A stretch of 64,000 bases of DNA from Dicyema japonicum. Taxonomy: Eukaryota > Animalia > Dicyemida. The stretch spans positions 1,324,133 to 1,388,132 of the forward strand of contig RDEW01000006.1 in the NCBI GenBank assembly GCA_011109175.1, in the 5' to 3' direction. The translations under genes were made by a program, and so were the position numbers. Under the pieces are notes generated by a model. The model worked only from the letters and a program-made list of their open reading frames with translations, searched no databases and was not told the origin of the DNA. Position 1 is the first letter of the stretch, and each line of letters begins with the position of its first letter. Of this stretch, positions 38,740-52,779 are shown piece after piece.

Positions 38740-40240
38740 CGCAAGTATGTAGCGAGTTAGTAAGAGTCCTAGAGGAACACGAAGGATATAAGTATCTGGG
38801 TGTTACCGAATCTCCAAAGTTCCTTATAATTCCTGAGACAAAGCGACAAATTACTGAAGGCATCCGTAAAAGAGCAGCGTTATTGTGTAAGACGTCTCTA
38901 AATGCAAGGAATTTGTTCCTAGCATTAAATGAGTATGCTGTCTCGCTGCTAAACTACTACATAGGTGTTGTGGAGTTTGAGCCCAAAGAGTATGATGAGA
39001 TGGATGTTATGATCTGTGGAGTACTCAGAGAGAACCATGTCCATGTGCTGGCAGCCAATAAGGAGAGACTATATTTACCCCGTGATAAATTCGGCCGTGG
39101 ACTATGTGGAGTAGTCCAACTAAGTGAGCGTATCCTAATGCGAATGCACGACACCCTGATAGCTGGGTCAAGTGTGTCTGCTAGGAAACACGCCATAATA
39201 ACGACCGAGAAAACACGGGCAACCCACCTAGGCACTATCAGACCTTTTTTGTCTGCTAAGTATGGTGTTGATGATGGTGGGCTAGTAAATGTGAAGGCGC
39301 TGATCGAATTACAATATAATAATTTGATGGAAAAGATCAACTTAAAAAGCCTTCATAAGGTCCTCCTCAGAGCATTGGACAACCCACATGTCGACTTTAA
39401 GTCGTCGACAATATGGCTAAAATACAATGACAACTAACCTCGATCGGAGGCGCTGTACACGTATATGCAAGACCGCAATATCTTTTGTGTCGATCAACAA
39501 ATACATGTCCCCACTGTAAGTCAAGGAGCATGTCGGTTGATCATTTAGCCACTTGATGTGGATCCATGCTCTGTCACGACTATGTGTGGAGGCATAACGA
39601 GGTAGTAAGGAGTCTTCATCTTTTACTATGCAATAAGTATGGTGTTTGCCACACCAGAAAGTTGCGGACTCATAAGGTGCAATCTGTAGTAGAGAACACC
39701 AGGGTCCAAATTAAGGTAGACAGTGTTATCCGTACCTCGGAGCTAGTCAAGCACAATAAACCGGACATTGTGGTACACGATAAGGAGTCTGGCCAAGTCT
39801 TTATCATAGAGGTTGGCATCACGTCTCAAGACCGTTTGCATACTGTGGAGGTGGAGAAAAAAAGGAAGTATGACTTTCTTGCAAACGAGATGGGGCAGAT
39901 GCTTGGTTGCAAGGTCCTCGTTATTCCTATAGTAATGACGTGGGAAGGAATTGCAACAAAGTACCACAAGGGTCATCTGAAGCAGTTGGGTTAGATAGGA
40001 AGCTCCAGGCCTATTTACAGTCCACTGTGTTAAAGCGGACCCTAGAGAGCCTGACACTGGAGTATAGGAGACAGAGCCCTGAGATGCCATATGGGCAGAG
40101 GATTCAATTGGACAAGGCGCTCTCGGATTTGTTTCAGCAACCAGAATCGAACTTGTCTGAGGAGGCTGGCGAACAGACAGGCGAGGAAGGTTGTTGATTA
40201 TTAAATATATTAACTTTTTTATTGTTTGTTAAATAAAGTG
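38740..40240 (+). mobile_element. 5'-truncated R4/Dong-like non-LTR retrotransposon with restriction-like endonuclease
   Basis: RLYLPRDKFGRGL, DYVWRHNEVVRSLH, HNKPDIVVHDK, IIEVGITSQD, EKKRKYDFLANE, IPIVMTWEG; one stop and frameshifts. Confidence 0.88.
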
Positions 40241-40489
40241 GGTATATAAAGTGTTATAATGTCAAATTTTGGGTAGTGTCAAAATTGGTGAAAAATTTTT
40301 TTTTAATTTTTACGAATTTTACGAAGAGAAAATTTTAGTTTTGGACCAATTTCTCCAAAAAGTATCAGAATTAATTGCATACATTGAGTTATATCCACAC
40401 GTGTCGACTGAATGGGGAATAGTTTTTTCAGTGTCTATATTATTATTAGCACTTTCACGAGAAGCATAATATTTATAGCTCCGCATGTG

Positions 40490-40590
40490 CAGCAAAAAAT
40501 ATAAGAGAAAGAGTTAGCTTGCTCCAAGCTTTTCTGTCCTTAGCCAGATCCCTCAGTGTCTTATACACTTTAATAAATAAAATATTTTAA
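40490..40590 (-). mobile_element. Possible short RTE-like LINE 3' remnant
   Basis: Minus strand reads YKTLRDLAKDRKAWSKL, resembling the RTE C-terminal A.DR..W motif. Very short. Confidence 0.3.
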
Positions 40591-40623
40591 ATAAATTCCA
40601 ATTAATTCAAATTTAAAATTAAT

Positions 40624-42092
<1,469 letters not shown>

Positions 42093-42229
42093 TTTTTACT
42101 GAATTAGATTAGGTTTTACTGTAATTATGAACTCAACGTCATATTGCCTGCAAAATATAATTATTAATTGTTAAAATGACGACACTAATTAACTTGTATA
42201 TATAATTGTAGATTTACTATCATGGATAA

Positions 42230-44260
42230 ATGGCCAAATATTTTACTAGGTTGTCTTCGCAGGATATTGATGAATACCCACAATTTGATATTGTTCACAA
42301 ATTACCAAAACTTCCTCTTCCTCAAATTAATTCTACTATAAGTAAATACATTCAAGGATTGGAACCTCTTTTGAACCAAGATGAGTTTAATCAAGTCAAG
42401 AGTTTCGCAGATAATTTTTTAAAATCTCCTAAAATTGGACAAGTAGCATTTTTTCTTCAACAAGAATTCCAAAACACAGAAAACTGGGTAGATAGTTATA
42501 TATTTGTAAGGCAATCAAACTATGGAGAGAACATTTTTATTTAAAAAATAGACAAAGCTTACCTGTAAATTCAAATCCATCGTTAATTTTACCTCCACAA
42601 AATTTTGAAAAAAGGGAAGATTTCATAAAGTTTAATTGTTAGTTATTAAGTTATCTCTGCAAATTTATTATGGGGATTATAGAATTTATAGAAATGCTAA
42701 AAAAGTATATATTTATAATAATGAAAGAGGATTGGTAACTGTAGATAGAGCAAACACAAGAGAGAAGGGACAGCCTCTTTGTATGGATCAGTACAATAAA
42801 TTATTCAAATCATATAGAAAACCAGGAATTTTAATAGACTCCTGTAAAATATATTCTATTTATGAACCCAATCAACACATAGTAATAATTCATAATAATA
42901 ATGTATTATATTATTTATTATAGTTCTACAAAATTAATGTTTATAGGAATTATGAAATAATATCCTTACAAGAACTAATTATGGTGGTATCATCCATAAT
43001 GACTGAGCAAGACGTTGGTCCCCCAATAGGAGTTTTGACTAGTCTAAATAGGGATCAATGGGCTAGCTTGTATGAAATGCTTAGAGATAGTAATAAAATA
43101 TTAAAATTAGATTTAATCAATTCTAATTCAATAAAGGAAATCGAAAAGAGTTTGTTTTTGGTTGGAATTGACGGGGATATTGAAACAAATTATAATTCAG
43201 AAATAGCCAAGCATATGTTGCATGCTTATTCAAACTACAATACGTGCAATAGATGGTTTGACAAAACACTACAGGTTATTTTTAATAATATTTTAGATTA
43301 TTGCATCCTCTAATGGATATTTTGCAATTAATTATGAACATTCTGTCGCTGAGGGATCAGTTTTAATAAAAATGGTAGAGCATATACATAACTACATGTG
43401 GGAATTTATAAATATTTAGGAATCAACTCTGTGTAACTAATATTACATGTGTTTACACTTTGGAAAGATTAACTTGGGATCTTCCAGAGTGGGCAGTAGA
43501 CTCAATAAATAAAGCAATTGAGCAATCTAAAAGAATAAAGGAAATTTTTGATTTTGTTGTATATACTTACGAGGAATATGGGAAAGATAGGATTAAGGAG
43601 TTCAAAATGAGTCCGGATGCTTACATTCAACTTTCATTACAATATGCTTATTATATGTGTGAATTGTGATTAAATTAATAGGACTCATGGAAGGATGGTG
43701 AACACATATGAAAGTGGCTCTACTAGGAGATTTAGACTGGGAAGAGTTGAAAACATTAGATCTGCTACCAGTTCTGCTTTAGAATGGATATTATACCCAA
43801 ATAAAGTTTTTTATATAATATTTGAAGGATTTAACAAAATATAATTTATTTAAATGTGCCATGGAACACCAAGTCATGCTTATGACTGATGCTGTACAAG
43901 GAAAAGGAATTGATTGTCATTTATTGGCAATAGAACAGGCATCCTACAAATTTGGACTGGAAACTGATTTATTTACACACTCTTCCTATAAAATGTTTAT
44001 AAACGACTTTATTCTATCGACTAGTCAAGTTAACATATTTATTGTTTGTAGAATTTAGTATCCGGAGAGGGATTTATGTGTTATGGGCCTGTACAACCTA
44101 ACGGATATGGAGTGTCATACAATCCTCATTCTTCATGTATTATGTTTTGTATTGCTTCTTTTGCTGTTAGATTTGTGTATATTTGTAGAACAACTGTGGT
44201 TTAGCAGAAAATATAAAATTAGCACTAAATGAGATGGGAGCTTTGTGTAGTCTTTATTAA
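42230..44260 (+). CDS. CHAT: Choline/carnitine acyltransferase family, choline-acetyltransferase-like, multi-exon
   Basis: [30 protein letters not shown], catalytic YEHS (His at 43339-41), [42 protein letters not shown]. Family assignment is secure; ChAT versus CrAT rests on motif comparison. Confidence 0.75.
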
Positions 44261-44325
44261 TTATATAACAATTATGTTGTCAAGCAACCAAATTAATTTT
44301 AATATCTAAGCTGGTAATTAAGTTG

Positions 44326-46975
44326 ATGAGTGAACAAGATTCTGTAAATACTGAAGATTTCGCCTATCAATTCGAACAGGTCTGCAATGACGGCTTGTTG
44401 GAGGGTAAATTTTAATATTATCAAGTAAATCATAATCTCTTTTATTCTACACAAGATGACCCAATAATTAATAATGCAGACGTGGTTGATGTCCACCAAA
44501 ATACTTGGTCATTAAAGACGGATGATGGTTCTCCTAATATTTATTAATGAGAATCAATCATAAGTGATGCTGCAACCATGCAGAAAATGTCCAAGAAAAG
44601 TTCATTTAAACAGGATTACGAAATTGTAATATTTTATTAATAAAAAGACACTGGATGACTCACCACATAAACCACCTGTAAATTAGTGACTAATAGTAGA
44701 CTGAATCATCAATGACTAAAAGAGACATTATGAGGGTACAACGAGAGTTAGATAATATTTTGTAATATTAAATGTTATTTAAGAATCAAAAAGAGTTTTG
44801 AGGAGGAAAGACTATGTTCTATACAAAATGATATAAAAAGGGAACGTCAGGATCTCCAAAGATATGCAACCCAAATCCAGGATATTGAAGATGCCATTGA
44901 GTCCAAGAGAATAGAATTGGATAACCTTACATCATGTGACATTGTAGTTTTCTAATTATTAATTAGGATAAACTGAGAGATGAAAATCAACTCATGAAAG
45001 TAAAACTGTCCAAAATGGAGAATATTGAAGATAATGAGGAAACCAAACTCAAAATCCGTAAACTTGAGAGCGCGCACAGACAGTCTATTGTTGAGGAGAA
45101 GACAAAATGTGAAAATTTAGAAAAGGTAATGATTACTTGTGAATAGACACTCAAAACAAAATCAGAACTGTTCAAAAGGAGAGAGGATGAACTAGAAAAA
45201 ACAAATAAGAGTTTAAAGAGTGAATGTCAATCAAGTGCTAATAAAATAAAAGAATTAGAACAAGTCATCGTTTAGTTTATTCCTAGAATATGGAATCCAG
45301 TAGAATTGAGAAAAATTTACTCAAGGAAACTGTTGCCCGTCTTGAACAAGAAAATAAAGATTTTTGGCATAAGATGGAAAAGGATGAAGCAGCAATGGCT
45401 CTAATGATATCACGTGGGCATGATAGTTCACTGTTGGAAGCAAATGTGCATTTTCTTATGGACGAACGACAGAAATTGAACGACAAAATAAACAAATCGA
45501 ACTCTATTAGGGAAAGGGAACTGGAAAAGATAAAAAATTTGGAGTCAACTATTACTAAAAAGGAAGATTCCATCAAATCACTTATGGAAACTAATTCCAG
45601 TAATGAAAAAGAAATATTCAGACTTTCTCAGTCTAATGAGGCATTTAAGAATGAGTTGGAATTAAGTAGATCTCATTACCAAAATCAGATATACGGTATT
45701 CAAATTCAAAATGATGCCGAAAATACAAGCAGGTGGACTGCATTAAAGAAATATTATGAAGAATTATACAGTAGATACCAGATAGAGATGGAAAATAGAA
45801 TGAAAGAAGCAAATGAAAAGCATAACATTGAGTTACAGGTGGAGGAGTTTGATCATTTCAGAGTAAGGAAAATACAATATTACAATTGAGTAAAGAGATT
45901 GGATTGAATCGTAATAAAATGGAACAAGAGGCAATAAGACATGCAAATGACAGAGAATTATTGGTTATTTGCTAGACTCATACTAGATGAGAGAATGGGA
46001 AACTTTAATTCAAAATGAAAAAAATAATAATAATACTTTAATTATGGAGTTTAAAGAAAAAATTGAAGATTTGAAGCAGAAATTGGAAGATGTTACAAAA
46101 CGAGAAATGGAAAAACACGTAAATCTTCAAAACGAAGCAAAGAACCAACAAAAAATAATTTTTGAGTTGGAAAATAAATTGGAAAGAAAAAGCAAAGAAA
46201 TGGAGTTTGGAATAAAAAAAGCCCGTAAAGAGGCAATAGAGGAAGTTAGTAATGATGTAAGCTGTACACGTACTAACATGGAAAAAATAAATATGGTTTA
46301 TTATAATTAACATAGGAAAGGAACACAATTCAACAGTTTCCAGTTTGTTAGACAGTCTGAGGAGACAGGAGACTGAGATTATATCACTTAGGAGTTTATT
46401 AAAGGAATCAAAATCACGTGGAATACCTAACCAAACGAATGAACGGGAAATTAATGAATTAAGCACTCAATGTCTTAGAATGTCAAGAGTTTTGAATAAT
46501 ATGACACATTTGGGATGTCCTCAATTGGAGACATCAAAGGTAAATGTTGGGACAGTCTCCGAACATTTACGGATTATTATTGCAAGACTTGAAGTATTAA
46601 ATGACAAGAGGAATTATAATTTTGCTGTAAAGAGTGGGCAATCCAATATGCAGGTTTATAATATTTAATGTGTAGATTTTGATCAAACAATTATGTCACG
46701 TGTCTTTGAATCTCCTAAATTTGATGTTACCATTAAAGTAATATTTAGGAGAGTCTCAATAAACAAGGCAACATTAAATACACAATCATATTCACGGGCA
46801 CTTAAGGAATTGGAGTTTGAACTCTACAATATTGAGATGGTATGGTTTAATAATCCACGTGTAGTGCTATGGAGGGAGTGGACGTCATTTTAGAAATTTT
46901 AGTCTTCCAGTCAATAGTAAGGAGATTGTGGATGTTTTGGTTGAGCTTAAAGAATGTGTGACTGAGAAATATTAG
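44326..46975 (+). CDS. Long coiled-coil protein of unknown family, multi-exon; may be fused to the downstream TBC ORF
   Basis: E/K/Q-rich ORF pieces (45290-45889, 45987-46310, 46345-46668) are joined by 21-25 nt GT-AG segments, e.g. 45126-45146 and 46840-46864. Start and end are predicted by eye. Confidence 0.7.
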
Positions 46976-46999
46976 TTTTAATAAATATTACTAAGCAAC

Positions 47000-48018
47000 A
47001 TGCCTGTCGATAAGTTTGGCTTTGTAGATTCTAACAATTCCCAATTAGAAATAAAAATAAAACCAAGACTAACAAAACTTAAAGAAATTAAGTATTATGA
47101 TGCTTTCAGTGGAAATATCAAATTTATAGAAAAGGTAGTATTTTAACATATATAGGTTAAACTATGTAGAAGAGGCATTCCTAACTCAATTAGGGATTTT
47201 GTGTGGTCTCGCTTACTAAAAGTTGGACAAATTAGAGAATGTTACTCTGAGGATTATTTTGTTAACCAAATTATATAAAATAGAATAAATTGTGTAATAT
47301 AGAATCCGAATACTCTGACATTATAATGAATGATGTAAAGAGAGAGATTCCTAATCATATTTACTTTCAGAAAGACAAAATAGGGTTTTAGTAATAATAA
47401 TAATAAGACAAATGACTTTGTATTCAATATTGAATGCATTTGCTAATCACAAGCCTGAGGTTGGATATTGTCAAGCACAATGCCCAGTGGGGGCACTTAT
47501 TGTAACTAGATTTCCAGCAGAAAGTGCCTTTTGGATATTCGTGGCCATTTATGATAATATATTAAATGGGTACTATCTACCAAACTTTGTAAATTGTAAT
47601 ATGTATTATAGAGTTATGAATTTAATGACATTAAAACATTATTTGTGTTTGTCAAACATTTTAAAAATATTAACAAAAAGATATTAAATATTAAAGTAAT
47701 AAATATTATAAATTGAGGATAAATTAGATATTGATTTTAATAGTCTTTTTATTGATTGGTTTGATTGCATTTTTATTAGGACTCTACCATGGCCAACATT
47801 ATTGAGAGTCTTAGATATGTTGTTTTGTGAAGGTTTATATATTTATTATTTTAGGAAAAATTGTTTTGTTTAGAACATCACTAACTCTCATTAAAATAGG
47901 AGTCAATAATGGACGACTTGATAATATTGAAAGTGTTTTCTTTGCTTTTAAAAGAATTCCAGTAAATTTACTTAATGAAAATAATTTTATTAAAGAATAT
48001 TTTAATGTTAAAATATAA
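47000..48018 (+). CDS. TBC1D10: TBC-domain RabGAP, TBC1D10/EPI64-like, multi-exon
   Basis: [28 protein letters not shown] (family signature), [24 protein letters not shown]. Confidence 0.85.
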
Positions 48019-48029
48019 TTGTAATACTT

Positions 48030-49360
48030 TTTCTTATTCCAAATGTTAATCCAATAAAGACATTCCTCATTGAAATTAAGGAAAACCTTATCTCCTTTGA
48101 TATTTCTATGGAATCGTCTTCTATTCAATTCGCAGACTCTTCTAAATCCCTTTCCCTATTCATAAACTCAATTTTTCTCTATAATCTTTATTTGATCGAC
48201 CATATTAAGAAACCCTCTCGAATTCTCTTCTCTTTGATTTTTAAGACCACATGAGCATAAAGTATTTTTTCGTCAAATTGCTCTCCCGTGAATTTCACTA
48301 GCCGTTTGAATTTGCTTAAGTGTAGTGAGTTTGCTATCATTGACTTTTCCGAATTACTGTTAGTGCTATTCTTCTTAGTAATAACCTCATAAGTGCACTG
48401 CCTAGCATCGGAATTATCTCCGGGTGGTGCTGCGCGGTTAATTGGTTGAAGTTTTCTTCTTGTTTGTCTGTTCCTCTTCTCTCTTCCTATTAGAGTGGCG
48501 TCATGTGATCCACCTGTCTAGGTGACGCCCAGTGCCAGGCCGGCACGAAAAAGGATCATTTGCTCTCCCCCACTCCACTGTAGGGGTTTCCACGACTGTA
48601 TGTAATGGACGTCTTACCCTTTATGTTGATTCCGGATGGACTCTGTTTCTGTAAAAGTGGAAACTGGATACACTTAATTAGTTGGTTACTTTAACTTCTT
48701 TCTCGGTGTATCCGGGGTTAATAAATTAAAAAATAAGTGCACTGCCTAGCATATGTGATATCAGTGATATCTTTAATTTTCAATTTGGTAGCTGAACTTC
48801 TCAAAGTATTTTCCAAAAAAAATTTCAGCCATCTGTTTTTCCTCAACTGGAAGGCACAACTTGGAGGAGAGCAAGCACTTAAAATTGGTAACGGATTTCG
48901 ATATCCTAAATCTTAAGTTAAAAGCGTTTGTAATCAGAAGTCAACCACCGAGGGGAATTCTCTTAAATCTGGATTTGCCGAGTCGAAGACTTCCACAGAC
49001 ATTTTTTCTGGTCCACTATCTGAATTTTGTCAACTAGACATTGCAGAGAGAGACGTTCTTTAAGGTCAGTATTGACAACTCGCGTCATGGGCAAATCATG
49101 GACCACATTCTCCATATTCCTTTTGTTTTTTCTTTTAGTAAATTTCTCAGATAGGTCTAATATATTGATTTCCTTATGTTCAAATCAAAAACACATAAAC
49201 ATATTTTAATTAAGTGTTTTTTAAACGTACTTCACTCAACACTTTGGTAAATATATAGATTCTTTAGAAACACTTTTCAAAACAGTTTCCTTCGATATTC
49301 GATCTTGAACAGATATGAACTAGTCTCTTGGAAATAAACTCCTTCAGATAGATGTAACGA
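48030..49360 (-). mobile_element. Degenerate N-terminal fragment of the R4-like family, split by a 324-bp insertion
   Basis: Removing the insertion and one TSD copy restores DITYARQCTYEVITKK; ELNRRRFHRNIKG...YWINIWNK follows downstream. Confidence 0.5.
48409..48732 (+). mobile_element. Short retroposed insertion (5'-truncated LINE or SINE) with a 20-bp target-site duplication
   Basis: ATAAGTGCACTGCCTAGCAT occurs at 48389-48408 and 48733-48752. The insert ends in AATAAA plus an A-tract, and its 3' ~60 nt match the LINE tail at 53102-53162 (minus). Confidence 0.85.
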
Positions 49361-49369
49361 ATTTGTATG

Positions 49370-49685
49370 CAAACATTTATTTTATTAAAAACACAAATTT
49401 ATTCTTTTATTTAAAACTGACATCCATCCAAAGTGGACCCCGCCGACATCCCGCAGATTCCTGGACTCGTTTGACAATTCCGTTGATTGCCTTGTGTCTT
49501 GGGAATCGTCCTGCACTTCTTCGACAAGAGAGGGCGTGGTGTCCAAAACAATCGACGGTTGCGTCACACCGGCATTTGTGAGTCCGGCAAATCTCCAGTC
49601 CAAGTCTGGTGGAGATGCCGATGCGGACAGTGTCGTCGTCAAGGTGGGTCCCGACACTGCCAACTGGTATGCAAACTATAAACAA
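49370..49685 (-). mobile_element. Internally deleted CRE 3' fragment
   Basis: LGTHLDDDTVRIGISTRLG..CRCD..HALSCRRSAGRFPRH matches the 37904 ORF, then jumps to the tail shared with 6060-6130. Confidence 0.8.
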
Positions 49686-49796
49686 TAAAGTCTTTAAAAC
49701 AAGTTACTACATGAATAATACTAATGGTAACCATAGTAATAATTCCTTAGTAATAAGAAAACCCATTAACAACAATTAGTAAATCAAATAAGTAAA

Positions 49797-50066
49797 TCAT
49801 CCAGATTTGAAGAGGAGAATGGCCACTTGTCCACAATAAAAGTAAATAAAATGTTTAGTCTCGTGGGTCACATAGCTTCCAAAATTCCTTCCAACAACAC
49901 AATGCCACGTTGGAGAATACTTTTTATCAAACTCTTTCTTGATGTAAGCTGAAATATCCTTTTCAATGTTATATTTTTCTAAAGCCCGTGTAGCACAGTC
50001 AATGGCATCCTGTTGCATACTCTCAGTCATATCAACATTCTTGACAACAGCCTTCTTATCAGACAT
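49797..50066 (-). CDS. DYNLL: Dynein light chain LC8, intronless, 89 aa
   Basis: Full-length conserved sequence: [65 protein letters not shown]. Confidence 0.97.
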   Translation of the reverse strand: MSDKKAVVKNVDMTESMQQDAIDCATRALEKYNIEKDISAYIKKEFDKKYSPTWHCVVGRNFGSYVTHETKHFIYFYCGQVAILLFKSG

Positions 50067-50159
50067 TTCTCACTAAACGATTAAACTAATTTATTCATTT
50101 TTTGTTTCATATTAACTAGTTGGGTCGCAACATTACTATGGAAATTATTGTCGATTAAA

Positions 50160-52400
50160 TTTATTAATACCATGAATCACCGACTCAATGAAGGAGACTG
50201 GTGATCTCGGCCTCCTTAACCACCCTCCTCATCCTTTCTCGGTCCTCCTTTCGACAGCCGACACATTTCCTTTATGGGCGAATTACTTTTCGGAAGTTTT
50301 GAGCATTCGACTGAGCTCCCGTTCTCTTCACGAGTTCCTCGAACGTGGTTTGGCTTTAGTTGCGAGGCGGACCTTTGTAGGACTTTCGTTACTATCTCTT
50401 GGAGGAATTTATTTTCTTTAGATTAATATAGGATTGGTTAGTACCCATGCCGCAGCAGTAGATTGGTATAGGTTACTTTTGTAGTATCCAAGTAGCGTTT
50501 TTATAATGTTTAGTTTTCGCTGGTAAGGGGAGATTAGTGGGTCATATGTGACCCTTAGTATTTTGGTTGAATTTGTGGAGGGGATTGTTTTTTCATTTAG
50601 GTTCAATGAAGGTGCCGAGTTTGTAAATTTTCTATAGGAATTAAAAATCATGGAGCACTTGTGTGTAATTGGTTCCTCGTAAGCTAACAGTCAGGTTGTC
50701 CAGTAACTCTTGTAAACGAGTACCCGCTGCGTGGATACACTGGTCTCTTGTTGTCAGGATTATATCATCAGCATAAGCAAGGAACAGACTATAGTCGTCG
50801 TTCATAAAGAGGTTAAAGAGAATGGGTGATAGAAGGGATCTTTGCCCCCATTGGGCAGAAATTTGGTGACAAAAAATATTTTAATGTGAAATTGCTCTTC
50901 CAAATTTTTAAGATGTTTGGAATGTCAGAGCCATAAATCTTCCTAGTGAGCAGTTTCCTCGTATCCAGTCAAAAGCCTTCTGTATGTCAATAAAAATAAA
51001 CTTTGTAAAAACGCTAATTTTCATAGAGTGTGGATCGAGTTCATACTCTATGAAAAGATTGTAAATTTTGGTCAAGGCCAAGATGCTGTAGGGGCCTATC
51101 TTCTTTAGTATTATAGAGGGGATTCCATCTGGACTACTTGCGTAAGACGATTTCTGGTTTTGAATCGCCTTCCACACGACGTCCATTGAAAGATTGTTCA
51201 TGGTTGCGTCGCGTTTTGATTTTAATTAAGATGTGGAAGGTCCCTCAATTTTCTGGTGAGGAATGAAGCTCGCAGAGGAATAAACTTTCATGATCTTGTT
51301 TAAAAAGTTTTCGCAAGAAGGCGGTAAAGCCCCGAAGAGTATTCCACATTTTCGTGAGAGGAGGAGTGTTTGTTTAGGGTTTACATAAGGTTATTCCAGT
51401 CTTTTTCCTGTTTCATCTTAGCTTTGTATCTGATCTCTCTCCAAGGCTCGGATCCTCGTCCTGGTTTCCCAAGATTGTTTCTGTAGGCTTTTTAGGCAAT
51501 TTCTTTCCTTCGTAAGTGAGTCGGATGCGCGGGAAGGCTTCTTCGTGATGTGGGTTGGCTTTCTTTTGATAAAAGTTCTCATGCCCTCACACACTACACC
51601 ATTGAAGTAGAGTAACGCGTTATCGGGAGAGTTGAAGTTTTTTGAATCAAAACCATACAAGTAGTCGACAAAGTGTGAAAACAAACTCCAATTGACATTT
51701 TTGTACTCTGACCGTAACATTGGTTTCCTTTCGATGGAAACTCTTCCTTTAAGTAATGATGATCGAGTTATGGTCACTGGTAGTGTCGTATGACACTGAC
51801 CAATTGATTAGAGCGACATTTTTTGGGGAAGCAAGCGTCAGGTCTGGGAAGGACGTCCTGTCGTTTGCTCTGTAAGGGGTTCTGGTATTGAATATTGGAT
51901 TGTTAATATATCATCGTCGATAGCAAGTGAATTCTTCTGGCGTCTTCCGGTTGATTTTTGAACCACGTCTGATGTTTCGCGTTCTTGTCTCCACATTTGG
52001 TCGATATTTGACAGAGAATCCTTTGGTGCACGAACTTGGAGGAGGTACATAGATGTTCAATACAGTGAGGTATCTAATGTTGGTTGAAATTAAAATTGTG
52101 ATGTATTCAACGGGATGGGGAAGTAGAAGTGTACATTCTCCGTGAAAAGGATTTCCTTCTTGATAAATTGATGACTCCACCTCCGCGACCAAAAGGGCGG
52201 TCATGTCGAATAATTTTGTAGCCTGGAAAAACAGGGGAGGGTGTGGAGGAAGATAGTATTGTTTCTTAAAGTGAGAAAATGTCTATTCTGTTTTTTTCAG
52301 ATAGTCTCTGAGCTCCAGGATTTTTTCTCTTTTTCCGTTAATGTTTAGTTGTAAGAAGAAAAGGGTTATTGGTGTCCCGGGATTTGGGTTTATATCTCTG
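50160..52400 (-). mobile_element. Degenerate APE-type LINE ORF2
   Basis: GG..TALLV, NIYVPP, SDHNS, SSPDGIP, FIDIQKAFD, YADD (~50760-50775); the tail ends near AATAAA at ~50160. Confidence 0.8.
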
Positions 52401-52479
52401 GAGAGCATCGGCAGGACTTCGGCCAAGTTGGGTGAGAGATGGGTCGTCCAGGAAGGACAATCTTCTTGAAGGGATTGAG

Positions 52480-52740
52480 TTATTATTATAACCCCGGGAA
52501 CACAGGAAAAAAGAAAAAGTTATCGTCTAATTAAGTGATCCCGGTGTCAGTGCGTCCTCCTTTGTTTCGACTTTGCAATTTTTTATAATCGTCCAAAAGA
52601 GAGAAGGTTTGATCTCAAATTTGCGAGCATACTCCTGGTAGGCAAGAAACTCATCTTCAAGGGGGCTACCAGAAGATCGCACCATTTTCAAGAATTTTCT
52701 TTGTTTGTCACCGAGATGTTCCATAAATTTTTTGAAATTT
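52480..52740 (-). mobile_element. Short LINE 3'-end fragment
   Basis: Tail GGATCACTTAATTAG...TCCCGGGGTTAT is similar to the tails at 53102-53162 and 48665-48726. Confidence 0.5.
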
Positions 52741-52779
52741 AAACTTTATGAATGTATAGAAACAACCGATGTTTTAATT

